Origin: Lama glama
Taxonomy: Eukaryota
Length of the DNA: 64,000 nt
NCBI GenBank assembly: GCA_028534125.1
Contig: CM052817.1
Coordinates: 107,138,001-107,202,000 of the forward strand
Reading direction: 5' to 3'
The first letter of the stretch is position 1. Every line of letters starts with the position of its first letter. Below, in pieces: positions 1-11,293 of this stretch. Below the pieces are notes generated by a model. The model was not told the DNA's origin. It ran no database searches and was given only the letters and a program-made list of their open reading frames with translations. The position numbers and the translations under genes are program-made.

Positions 1-794
1 ACCCTTGCAATTAACATGAACGTATTACAATGTCAAGAATGAGTCACTTTTCAGAACACCCCTCTCCTGCCTGGAGGGAAGGAGAGAATCATATCTAACA
101 TGTGGCATATGTAACAGCAAATATTTCCGGCTGAATTTAGCCATTGTCATCATTTCCATGGCAACTACCTTACTCCGAGAAGAGGGACAAAACACATAAA
201 GATGCTGTAGAAGATTTATAGTCACTTATTCGGGATGATCTTCATAAGTCTCGGGGCTGTGAGGTGAGGTGTTATTTCAAACACATGGTAATAAAAACTT
301 CAATTTGTTATCAAGTCTTTCCCTAGGGAAACCGGTGATTTCTAACTATTTACGAATCTGGCCTCTGTAATCACGCCTACACGACTGTCTTAGAAGGTTC
401 TCAGATGGGTATAAGTAATCTGCCTGAGCCTGCTCATCAGGTGGATGACAGGAGGGGGAAACTTAGCCAGAAAACACGGTGTGAGGACAAAGGAGATGTC
501 TGGGTTTGGGGAAAGGAAGGCAGGATGGTGGTTCTGGCCATGAGGGCTGGGAGAGGGGGATCAGCCCAGAAAAAGCAACATACCTGGGGAGAGGGTGGAG
601 AGGAGACCGTTTTTCATGTACGTGGTGCAGCTGAATGCTATTCTGATCATAAAAGGAAGGGGTGCACAGCCAGTGTGGATGCACTGTTTGCATCTTATTT
701 ATTCAGATGCAGCATTTTTTTTTCCCCTGAAAGAGAGCAATGACTCCTTTCTCTAATAAATCCTTTAGATCAACTTTCTTTTCAAATCTAGTGG

Positions 795-940
795 TTTTTT
801 ATTTCCTCCTTGGAGCGGTAGCTAATTAGGTCTGTTTGTTTACTTATTTATTTATTTAATGGAGCTACTGTTATTGAACCCAGGACCTCCTGCAAGCTAA
901 GCATGTGCTCTACCACTGAGCTACACTCTACCCCACCCCC
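795..940 (-). mobile_element. tRNA-Ala-derived SINE (Vic-1-like)
   Basis: Reverse complement of GGG..TAGCTCAGTGGTAGAGCACATGCTTAGC..GAGGTCCTGGGTTCAAT followed by an (AAAT)n tail. Confidence 0.85.
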
Positions 941-1544
941 ACCCCCCTGACGCCAGCAGTCTTTTCCGATACAATCTTTCATTGTCTGATGGAAGACAAC
1001 ACAAATCTTTTTCCCAAGTGCCTTTTCTCTGCCTTGCAGTATTTTAATCAATCCACAGTTTTATTTTTGAAAACTTCAACCTGTTTTTCAATTAGAACTT
1101 ATTCAATTATATTAAATATAAGGATGTAAATCCCCTTTGGTTATATATTTTGAAGGATTTCTAAGCACATAATTAGCATTGAATAATTTCACTTCCAACC
1201 ACGTCAAGAGAAAAAGGAAAGCGATAACAATGCTTGAATGCTTTCAGTCTCTAAAACCCAGATACCCTCCATCATTACAAAGCTTACATTCTGTAGAGGA
1301 AAATGCCTTTCCAAAAATTGACTTAATGAATAATTTAGTTAAAAATTATCCATTTTATTTACTATAAAGAGATATTCATCTCATGGTAGGAAACTTAGGT
1401 CATGATGAATTTATCTAGAGCTATCCAAGACATCTACTCGAACGTAGAGTGAATTCCACCCACCTGACCACTCTTTTTGAAATAGATGTTAAAGCTGACT
1501 CTTGACTCATTGCCAAATACTCCAAGTCGGCTGCCAGCTAGCTG

Positions 1545-1897
1545 AAGACGGCACGTTTGTCCGCCCCCACCCCAATTCCTGTGTTGAAACCCAGCCCCCA
1601 ATGTGAGGGCCTCAGGAGGTGGGGCCTTAGGAAAGTGATTGGGTCTTGAGGGCAGCAGGCCTCTTAAGAACGGGACTACTGCCCTCATAAGAGAGGCCCC
1701 AGAGGACTCTGGCCCCTTTTACCACGTGAGGACACAGTGGGAAGACGGGCATCTGTGAACCGGAAAACAGGCCCCCAACAGAAACCAGTCTGCTGCTGGC
1801 CTTCCGGGCCTCCAGAACTGTGCGTGGTAACTGTCTATTGTTCATAAGCCATGGCGTCCATGGTGTTTTGTTATAATGGCCTGAAAGGACTAAGACA
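1545..1897 (+). mobile_element. MLT1A-like MaLR solo LTR
   Basis: CCCCAATGTGA..GGAGGTGGGGCC..CCTCCAGAACTGTG..TTTTGTTATAATGGCCTGAAAGGACTAAGACA. Confidence 0.82.
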
Positions 1898-3799
1898 GAA
1901 TTCTAAAAGACAATCTGCCTAGTGAGGAACTAGCAAGACACCTGTGTTCGGGAGTCTTCTGGAATAAAAGTGCAGCGTGCTCAGTGCTGTGCACTGGTGA
2001 GCAGCTAAGTGCAGGGTGGCCTTGAGTTTATGCCAGCAGGTGTACCTGGAAACACTCTGGAAGGTCCCCTGACCAAATACATCTTCCCAAGAGTATACAG
2101 TTCTTTTTGAAAATAACGGCATGTAGTATTCATGCAAAGATATAGAACCAAATAGAAAACACAACGTTGTGTTACGTTCATGTCATTGGAGAGCTAATCA
2201 ATGCTTCCTTTTATCTCCTGGGTATGCATGTGTAACCCTTCCACGTGTAGAACTTGATCTGAAAAATCGGTACGACTTCACAGGTGATGAGAGTTCTCTC
2301 AATGGAATCAGACCAAGACATTTTAATGAAAAGGGCTCTAAAGCAATAGACACGTCTAAACGTTCTGAATATTTGTCTATGTATGTACTGAGAACTTTTA
2401 ACATTTAATGTAGTTTTCATACATCGGGAAGTACTTAATTTTTTTCAATATGATTAAAATCACAGAATTTCGGGGAGGAATCCCTAAACATTACAAATGT
2501 TCAAGCAATACTTAACGTGAAAAACCAATGATGCTTTTGAAAACAATCCTGGAACCATTTTTGAGTGAGAGAAGAGGAAAATATTATTTGTCTGTATTTC
2601 TTTCAAACGAGAAACAAGGAAGAGCTACAGGAAGATCACTGACACCAGAAACGTCCTTTTTCTTGGTATAATTATTCTCTAGCTCACACAACGTCGCTTT
2701 TCAAATTAAAATAGAAGACGTGGGGGAATTTCTTTTAAACACTAAACTGAGCACTGAGGTAGAATAGCAGTGAAACTCCTATAGATCACTTTGGTTTTCA
2801 GATGAGTTTCTGTTTTTTGAATTTCTGTTTCAATTTTAGAGACAATTTATTTGAAATGTTTTACAATTTTCAAATACATTTTTCTGTTTCCACACAATCC
2901 TTTCGCCTCGGTAAAATTTGAAGTATGTAAACCTCTGCCACACGATGCATTAATCATTCTCTTGCAACCACTTTCTCAAACCAATTTTGTTGATTTGAAA
3001 ATATTCATTGTTCATCTTGCTATTCATTATTTATTCATCCACTCTTATTAATAATACATGGGCAGAAATGACAGCATCCAAGTTAACATTCTTAGGACTG
3101 TCTTTTGACATTATCCCGGCAAGGACTTTAGTAAACACATAAAAGCTAAAGCTTAAGGAATAAACTTCAGTGAAAAAGGGCAAGGAAAATGCCACCCTCC
3201 TGAAGATAAGTTTACTTATTTTTAGAGCGCAAGGCAGTTAAATAACTACTGAGTCAGCCTGGCTTTCAGGCTGTAAACCTCCTATTTTCGCTCCGTATCT
3301 TCCCTTCTGTTGAGCTTTAAAACAAAAGCCTTGAAATTTAGCTTTACAAAGCCACCCTCACATCTTGTCCTGCAATTGTCTTTGTGGGGTTGAGTCCTAA
3401 ATAGATAAACTTAAACCAAATGGTAATTCCCTCATACATTTTTATCGACTTTTTGAGGTACAGACCATTTAAAATGCAATCAGTCCAAAGGAACTGAACA
3501 TAAACGGATAGCAGTGTAGACTGTGACTCGGTTTTCAAGTGAGTAGTTTCCAAGGCTAGTCAAGATAGTCAGGTGAGGCACATTTTACACAGTAAAAGGA
3601 AAAGGAAATGGTGGGGGAATTGTGGGGAAAACCTGGGTTTGGGAACAAGGCACCAGGCCTGAGTTTGAGTCTCAGTTCACCTGAGTGTCAGTTTCTTCGC
3701 CTAAAGAAGGGGATAGTTAAATCTTTTTTGTATGTGTAAATACACTATTCTATCATAATGACTAGCATGGAATAGGTATTTTAAAATAGTAGCTGATAC

Positions 3800-4469
3800 A
3801 CTATGGAAAACAGTATGAAGCTTCCTTAAAACATTAAAAATAGATTTACCATATGATCCAGCAATCCCACTCCTGGGCATGTATCTGGAGGAAACTCTAA
3901 TCTGAAAAAAATACATGCACCCCAATGTTCACAGCAGCACTATTTGCAATAGCCAAGGCATGGAAGCAACCGAAATGTCCATCAACAGATGACTGGATAA
4001 AGAAGCTGTGACATATATATATATATATGTATAAATGGAATAAATACTCTCAGCCATAAAAAAGAAATAAATATTGCCATTTGCAGCAACATGGATGGAT
4101 CTAGAGATTATCATACTAAATCAGTCAGAGAGAGACAAATATCACATGATATCACTTACGTGTGGAATTTAATAAATGATACAAATGAACTTATTTACAG
4201 AACAGAAACAGACTCATAGACATAGAAAACGTGTGGTTACCAAAGGGGAAAGGTTGGGGGAGGGACAAATTCGGAGTTTGGGATTAGCAGGTACAAACAA
4301 AAGATACATATAAAATAGATAAACAACAAGGATTTACTGTATAACACGGGAAACTATATTCAATATCTTGTATAATGGAAAAGAATCAGAAAAAAAGTAT
4401 GTGTATAACTGAATCACGTTGCTGTGCACATGAAACTAACACAATATTGTAAATCAACTTCAGTTTAAA
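3800..4469 (+). mobile_element. 5'-truncated L1 (end of ORF2 + 3'UTR + A tail)
   Basis: ..CCATATGATCCAGCAATCCCACTCCTGGGC.. L1 ORF2 C-terminal region. TSD AAAATAGTnnCTGATAC at 3783-3799 and 4470-4486. Confidence 0.92.
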
Positions 4470-4569
4470 AAAATAGTGACTGATACCACTAAGAAGGAAA
4501 AACAGAACAACTTAAATTGCTTTTGCAGCGAAAGCAGTTGTCTTAGTTTCAAATCCATGTTACCAATGC

Positions 4570-5370
4570 TTTCTAGGCCGCAGCAGCCGGGCAGGGACCA
4601 GTCGAGGCATGACTACTTGGAAGCAGTAAAAATCGCGTCTTGTGTGCGGTTCCTCGCGTTGGAATCGCCGAGCCCGTTTCTCTGCTCCGGCGGGGCAGCG
4701 GGCGGCCGGGGGCCTCCCGGCGCCTGCGGGCGAGCGCGGTGCTTCCCCGCCGCTGCTGCTGGCTTCCCCGGTGGCGCCCGCCTCGCCGGTCCTGGGTGCC
4801 GGTGTTGGGCCCTCGCTCCCCGCAGCGCCGTGCTCCCCGTCGGCGCTAAGACATCCGCCTTTCCCAGAGGGAAGACCTCGGTTTCCGTGGCGCCCCTGGT
4901 GTTTCATTTCTGTCTTTTATGTACCCAGTTCTGACAAGCCTGTCATTTGGTTCAAAGGATTCATGGGGGACCCTGCTCCACACCTCTCCCCCCTTTGCGA
5001 ACAAGTGTCTTGGGATACAACCAAGGGCCAGCCGTGTCCCCGGTCTCGGGGTGGGGGTGGGGGATAGGCAAGTGTCTGTATCGCGGGGAAGGGGGGCTGA
5101 AGTGTCCGGGTGTGGGGGCTGAGGGTCCCCAGGGGACAGGGGACAGAGGCGTGGGCCTGGGGCCGCAGCCAGGGCCTTGTGCTGCGGAGGGCTCGCCCAG
5201 CAGAGGCCAGACTCCAGGGCCCTGCCTTTCATCTGTGGTTTTCTGGCTGTATTTCTTTCCCCCAACTTGTCCCGCATAGTGGTCTATTCAGATATATTGC
5301 GTGCACTTAATCCTACTCCGCCGGGGGGGGAGGGGGGTGGTTACACAGGGTGGAAGCATTGCACAGGTGA
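4570..5370. promoter_or_regulatory. CpG island / candidate promoter with downstream G-rich tract and + strand donor CAG|GTGAGT at 5366/5367
   Basis: Dense CpG and high GC at 4570-4900 against an AT-rich background, G-runs at 5045-5165 and 5320-5340, consensus donor. Confidence 0.7.
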
Positions 5371-6424
5371 GTTTGTGTTAGTCGGTTTGCTCTGCACGGG
5401 ATTGAACCCCAGCATGCACTATGCACTTTGCACCTCCCTGGTCCCCCACAGTCCCTTGGGTTTGTCAGGGTCAACAGCCCGGACCAGATGTAACCGTGCA
5501 GAACATGCTTATCTTTCTGGTCTATACCGTCTCACCCACTGTTCCTTTTTCAAGCCGCCTGTGTTATTTAGTCTCTTCCAGTGTCTGGGGGTAGCGGTCT
5601 TCCCTGCTGGGGACCCAACTCCAAACCCTAGGCTTCTGGTTCCGGGCCCTCGGACAGTGGGTCACATCCGCACGGGTGCTGGGCTGTCGACACTGTTCCA
5701 GGATCCATTTCGATCCCTGACTTGGCAGCCTTCAAAGATCCTCAGGTCCACCTTGTCTGGATCTCCTTGGACTGACCGGGGAGCCCTGCCCTGCTGCCCC
5801 CATGAGGCCTTTGTCCCTCTTTGTCCCATCCTGTTGTTGAACCCCTTGCTAAAGTCCATCTTCTCTGGCCTGGCTGGTGAAGTTGGAAATCTGTCTTGGT
5901 TCTTTATATGGCAAGTGCAGAACAGACTCGATTCCTCCTGGAAATTAACATGGCCCACCCAGTGCTGGGGCGCTATGCTCAGTGATCAGGCCCTGCAGGA
6001 CTCTCTGAGTCCCCAGGTGTATTGGGATTCTCTGGCCGGTGCTCTGTGCACCTGGGGGACCCCTGAGCCTCACCTGGACCTCCGTGGACCTCAGAATGAC
6101 TGGAGAGGATGCCCTCGTGCTTCTCTCATTCCAAAGACCCTCTGAGGTCAGCCCCACAGACAAGCACGTGGCATTTGTACCCCTCTCCTGGGGAGGAAAG
6201 GACAGCACCTGCTGCCCCCAACCCATCTGCTGGAAGCCAGTCCCCCACGTCTCCTCAGTGAGCGGCTGCGGGGTCTCCCCTCCCAGCACCAAGGTTACCT
6301 CCCCACAGGGTCCCAGGTGTGCTTTCACAAAACTCATCTGTGTTTTAAAGTCGACTCTTAGCAACTTCCACAGCATGTTGAACATATTTGACCCCATATT
6401 TGATCACTCCTAGACTCACACTGG

Positions 6425-6548
6425 TTCTTTTTTGGGGGCGGGTTAATTCGTTTTGTCCATTTGTTTATGTATTATGGAGGTACTGGGGATTGAACCCAGG
6501 ACCTTGTGCATGCTAATCACGCGCTCTAGCACTGAGCTACACCCTCCT
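6425..6548 (-). mobile_element. tRNA-Ala-derived SINE (Vic-1-like)
   Basis: GGAGGTACTGGGGATTGAACCCAGGACC..CTGAGCTAC core. Confidence 0.85.
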
Positions 6549-7399
6549 AGCTCACGTTCATTCTTTAGGATACAGAGCCTCAGGAAAACTTGCTCTCCGG
6601 GGTCTTTGGCAAAGAATAGACGGCCCCCAGCCTCCTATAGAATTCCAGTGCTCAGGGACGTGTCTCCATGTCCAGACTCACAGGTGTCTGTCTGCTGGCT
6701 GCTCTCAGCCCCGCTGTTGTCTTTGCTTTCCTTGCTCTCCTGGACAGAGCCATCCCGGGGTATGTGTCTGCACTTGTGCCATCCCTCTCAGAACTCATCT
6801 CTCACAGGTGAGGTCTATGTGCACGATGCATCAGTCCGGTGCGTTCCTAGTACGATGACATTCGCACATAGATTTTCTTAAACTCCTGTATTTTCATCAT
6901 AATCATTATCCTAAAGTGAAAGTGGGAAGGCAAATTAAAGGTCGTTAAGGTCATTAGCCATTCAGTGTTTTGCTTTATGTAAAGCTATAAAGATAATGGA
7001 TGCGAAAGTGCTTCATAACATACCATTCGAGTTACCATTTCAGTTACTCCTGTATTATTGCTTTTTCATAAATGTGCCAGGTAAAATTAAAAAGTATGCT
7101 GTCCTCAGGATTATAATTATGCTTTTAACTAGAAATAAGCTTAGCCAGGCCTCCATTATTTCCTTTATAGCTACTTATTTTCTTTATCCTGTAATAGCTG
7201 TGGGTTTGTAGAGCAATAGGGCACTGAACACCGAGAAGAGACTTTAAAACTCTTACCCACTTCTCTGACCTTAGGCAGAGCTGCCCTCAAACTATTCAGA
7301 AAGATGAAGACACACACAAATGGGAAAAAAAAAGTAGAGTCAATGTTTTCCTGTTTATAAATGCAAGGCGTACATCTTTAAAAAGAAGTTCAAATAAAA

Positions 7400-7623
7400 G
7401 CAGACATAGAGAACAAACTTATGGTTACCAGGAGGTAAAAGGGGGTGGGAGGGATAAATTGGGAACTGGAAATTTGCACCTCTTGGGAAGAGATGGAAAT
7501 AGTTATCTTGATTGTAGTGGTGGTTTCATGGGTGTAGACATCTATCAAAATTCATCAAATTGTACATCTGGAGTATGTGTGGTTTACTGGAACCATATCA
7601 CAATAAAGGTGCTAAAAAAAAAA
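7400..7623 (+). mobile_element. L1 3'UTR fragments (young piece fused to older L1M 3' end)
   Basis: CAGACATAGAGAACAAACTTATGGTTACC piece, then TATCTTGATTGTAGTGGTGGTTTCATGGGTGTA..AATAAA and A tail. Confidence 0.7.
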
Positions 7624-7886
7624 GTTCCATATTGTCCCTTCATTCAATATCAGATATTTCTAGTTTAACAATATAAATAACGATCAAAGGTAAAACAAGA
7701 CAAATAAAAATGGTATTTCTTTTGCTAGTGCTTAGTGTAAAAAGCGTAGATTGTGGTTTGATATTACTGTTCCTAGCGATGGGTTTTCCATCCCCTTTCG
7801 CCCTAGTTGCTTCTGCCTGCAACCATGATGTTTAGAAAAACACCACTGGAAAATGTTCAAAACAACAAAACAAGAAATTGCAAAGA

Positions 7887-8015
7887 GTGGGGAGGGTGGA
7901 GCGCAGTGGTGGAGCGCATGCTTAGCATGCATGAGGTCCTGGGTTCAATCCCCAGTGCGTCCATTAAATAATAAATAAGTAAACCTAATTACTTCCTCCT
8001 CCAAAAAAGAAAAAC
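7887..8015 (+). mobile_element. tRNA-Ala-derived SINE (Vic-1-like) with long flanking duplication
   Basis: A/B-box tRNA head, A-rich tail, flanked by ~33-34 bp direct repeats. Confidence 0.88.
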
Positions 8016-8587
8016 ATGTTCAAAACAACAAAACAAGAATTATAAAGAAAAAAAGCCCAAGCCAATACAGTGACAAAATGTTTTCCATAATATTCTCCTC
8101 TAGGTACTAATTCATATACTGATATCTTAAAAATTGTAATGAAATACTCAGCATTCTTCACAAAACATTACATCATAAAGATTTCCATATTTTGACATGC
8201 TGCTGGTATCTTTCATTTTAATAAATTCATAATATACTATTCAGCAAATGTACTATTATTGTTTACTTTCTATTATTATATAATAAGACAATAAATATGT
8301 TTGGTTACACAGTTTGCTTCAACTGACGTAGTACCTTACTCAAAATTTCTAGAAAGCAATATTTTCAGGACTAGATCTAAAATTTCAAATGACTTTTCTC
8401 AATGATTCTCCTAGTTTCTCTACCATCAGGCAGGCATGAGTGTTCTGGCACTAAATGTTTCAGCGATCCGAATTTGTGCGAAGTTTGGAATAGGTGTCTC
8501 TGATGTAACTAATCTTTTGGGAATCAAATAAAAGGGGGAAAAAGGTCACCTCAGCTGCTTTTCACATCAGATTATTTAAAAACTTAG

Positions 8588-8765
8588 ATCGATAAACAAC
8601 AAGGTCCTACTGTATAACATAGGGAACTATCTTCAATAACCTGTAATAACCTATAATGGAAAAGAATCTGAAAAAGAATATATACGAATCACTTTCTTGT
8701 ACACCAGAAACTAACACAACATTGAATGTTGTAAATCAACTATACTTCAATTTAAAAAAATAAAA
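8588..8765 (+). mobile_element. Short L1 3' end
   Basis: GATAAACAACAAGGTCCTACTGTATA..GTAAATCAACTATACTTCAAT plus A tail. Confidence 0.88.
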
Positions 8766-9589
8766 CATCAGTATCTTCAGATTATTTGAGAATGACCTAA
8801 AGTATTCTGTAAGACGATCAGTTATCAGATTTAGTAAAAGGGCAGTCAGGAGTTGAGAACACTACTCCTTGATGGCTGACTGCCCCGTCAGGACCCCTGC
8901 TCTGGAAGCCCACGGATAAAGGTAGGAATGGAACTCTCTTTTCTGATCTGACTGATGAAAAAATCATCGTGGCTCCAATTATTGACCATAGATAAATTCC
9001 CAGTCCTGAGTCCTGGCTCTGAGGCAGCAGAATGTGGGAGGTGCACGGGCCACAGACTCTGAGGACCTGGGTTCAAGTCCCTCCCCTGTGCTAATGTTTG
9101 ACCTTGGAACCTGCTTATCCGCATGGTGAGAAAAGCAGGCTCTGTCTGCCAAGGCTCTGCAGACGATGCGAAGAGAATTCACTCCAAAGGGTAATGAAGG
9201 GCCTCCTTGATGTGAATCCCTCTTTCTTTCCTCTCCAATCTGGGCTCCACCTTTTTCGCCCCACCCACCATGGACTCCCTAGCCCACCGGCTGTTTTTCT
9301 GTTTCTGGATCTCTGCTTTTTCTAGTTTGTCCATCCCATGCTTGTTCCTCAAATCTCTACGTTCCTACTGAAGACCCGGGTAGGAGGCCCTTCCAGATTG
9401 CTTGCCCCAACGGAAACCAACTTCTCTCCCCAGCCACCATCTGCCTCCCGGACTCGCCGTATGTGAGGCTGCATCCAGGCATCACCGGTCCCTTATGCTT
9501 CATCACCTCCCACGATGTAAGTGCGTTTGTATCATTGGTTTTATTTAATTCTATCCTGTTAGACTGTGTGCTTTGTTCTCCTGCTCTTC

Positions 9590-9692
9590 CTTTATTTTTA
9601 AAATTTTTTTATTATTTATTATTATTATTTTTAATGGAGGTGCTGGGGATTGAACCCAGGACCTCGTGCATGCTGAGCTACACCCTCCCCCC
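9590..9692 (-). mobile_element. tRNA-Ala-derived SINE, internally deleted
   Basis: B-box half and (TTA)n tail present; part of the head missing. Confidence 0.8.
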
Positions 9693-11199
9693 TTCTGCCT
9701 CTATTCCTTCCGTTTTATATGCAGTGACACTACACTGAGCGTATCCACCGACAACAGAATTGGAAGACTGTAGACTTTCCCCTAACTTCCAAACTGGCAC
9801 ACCGAAATCTCAAAAAACAAACGCAATGAATGAGTTTTAAGAAAGGGAGGGGGGTAAAAAAAACACCTAACTTGCGCTTAAACCTGTCTGTTTTGGGATG
9901 GAAGCCAAACACAGGGGGTCCAAGACTCTTTCAGCATTCCATCTATTATTTATGTAGTGTGCATTGCTGTAGTCTCTAAGACCTTGGCAATGAAATACAA
10001 CATACCTCTGGGAGTGAAAAAGGAAATGAGGAAGGGGAGCGGGGGGAGGTGCTGGAACGTCGGTTATCTCTGTGAGCCGGAGAGACCTCGGCTGACCCAC
10101 GCGGCCCCTCCCTGCCTGACACAGGTGTGACCAGCGTATCGGTCACCGTCAGTGGTGTAAATTCACATCGGGAGCTGGAAGCCAACCTTTGCAGAAAAAG
10201 TTTTCTTTTTCCTTTGCTTGAAAATCGGTACAGTGCTCAGGAAGGAAGGGACTGCTGCTTCTCGGGTACCCACCCTGAAATTCAGAATCTGATCAGGAGG
10301 TAACTGGTACTGATGCTCAGTGTAGAAACCTCACCAGTCAACATTTCTGTTGTTGTCTTTCCTTGTGGCAACAGAGACTCCAGATGCTAAAGCTTTTGGG
10401 TGCGGAATTCCTTCATCTGGTTCAGTTTCCTGTGGCCTTGGAAGTTCCCAAAAGGGAGAAGGAAAGGATAGAGTCAGGTGTCATCCAAGCAGCATGGACA
10501 GCCCGTGTCCTGCCACGCGTCCCACTGGCAGCCCCACAGACACACGTGCATTGAGGCTCAACATGCTTGTCTTCTAACTGAATCCTTCATCGTTCCTGAT
10601 CGCACGCCCTTCCTCGAGGAGGTCTAAGGAACCCTCAGGGCTGCTCCTGAAACAGAAAAGCATTCAAACACCTGGACCCAGACCTCCACATATCTGATGG
10701 CTTTAAATGTGGTCCTTGGGCAAAGGCAAACTTTATGGAGTGAGGCAGGGGGCTTTGATAAACCTCTTCAGTCCTGTAGACTTTCTTGTGGAAGCCTTGG
10801 ACCGGGGGAATAAGTTAAATAGAGATGCCGCAGCCTGGGGTGTCCAGTATTCCCCTGTATGATTAAAAATGCTGACTCCAGTGAAAGCAGAGCACACGCT
10901 GTAAAGATTATCACTGTTTGGAGCGTCTTCTGGGTGATGAGGGTAGGATGGGAGGGGCTAGGGAACAAGATCACGAAAGATGTCAGTTCCTCCAGAGAGG
11001 CTGGATTCAGCAACTCAGCCAGAGAAGGACAGGTGGGCAAGAGAGGGGCTGAGCAGCTGAGCTTCAACAAAGATTTTAGAACCCAAGTGGAAATTCCATT
11101 CTGTCTGTCATGTCCCTGGGAAATGGCTTACCTTTCAATGAGCATGTGCCTTATACCCACTGCACCCCTAAGTCCACATCACCATAGCTTTAGTTGTCA

Positions 11200-11293
11200 T
11201 GGTTTATTTATGTTTTATTTAATGGAGGTACTGGGGATTGAACCTGGGACCTCGTGCATGCTAAGCACGCGCTCTACCACTCAGCCATACTCT
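11200..11293 (-). mobile_element. tRNA-Ala-derived SINE (Vic-1-like)
   Basis: Same core as the other copies. Confidence 0.85.

Noticed and set aside
2169..2420. Overlapping short ORFs on both strands
   Set aside because: No recognisable homology and no convincing splice boundaries.
4570..4900. CpG island as the first exon of RAPGEF2 (neighbour of C4orf45 in human, from recall)
   Set aside because: No match to the recalled RAPGEF2 N-terminus (MASYVDNSFRQ..) on either strand; that gene presumably lies outside the window.
5177..6145. 322-codon + strand ORF
   Set aside because: Non-ATG start, GC-rich context with few stops, no recognisable domain, and it crosses a consensus splice donor. Not supported as CDS without conservation data.
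7887..7965. tRNA-Ala-like sequences (here and ~10 other sites)
   Set aside because: Each carries an A-rich tail, divergent stems and sometimes TSDs, so they are SINE heads rather than tRNA genes.
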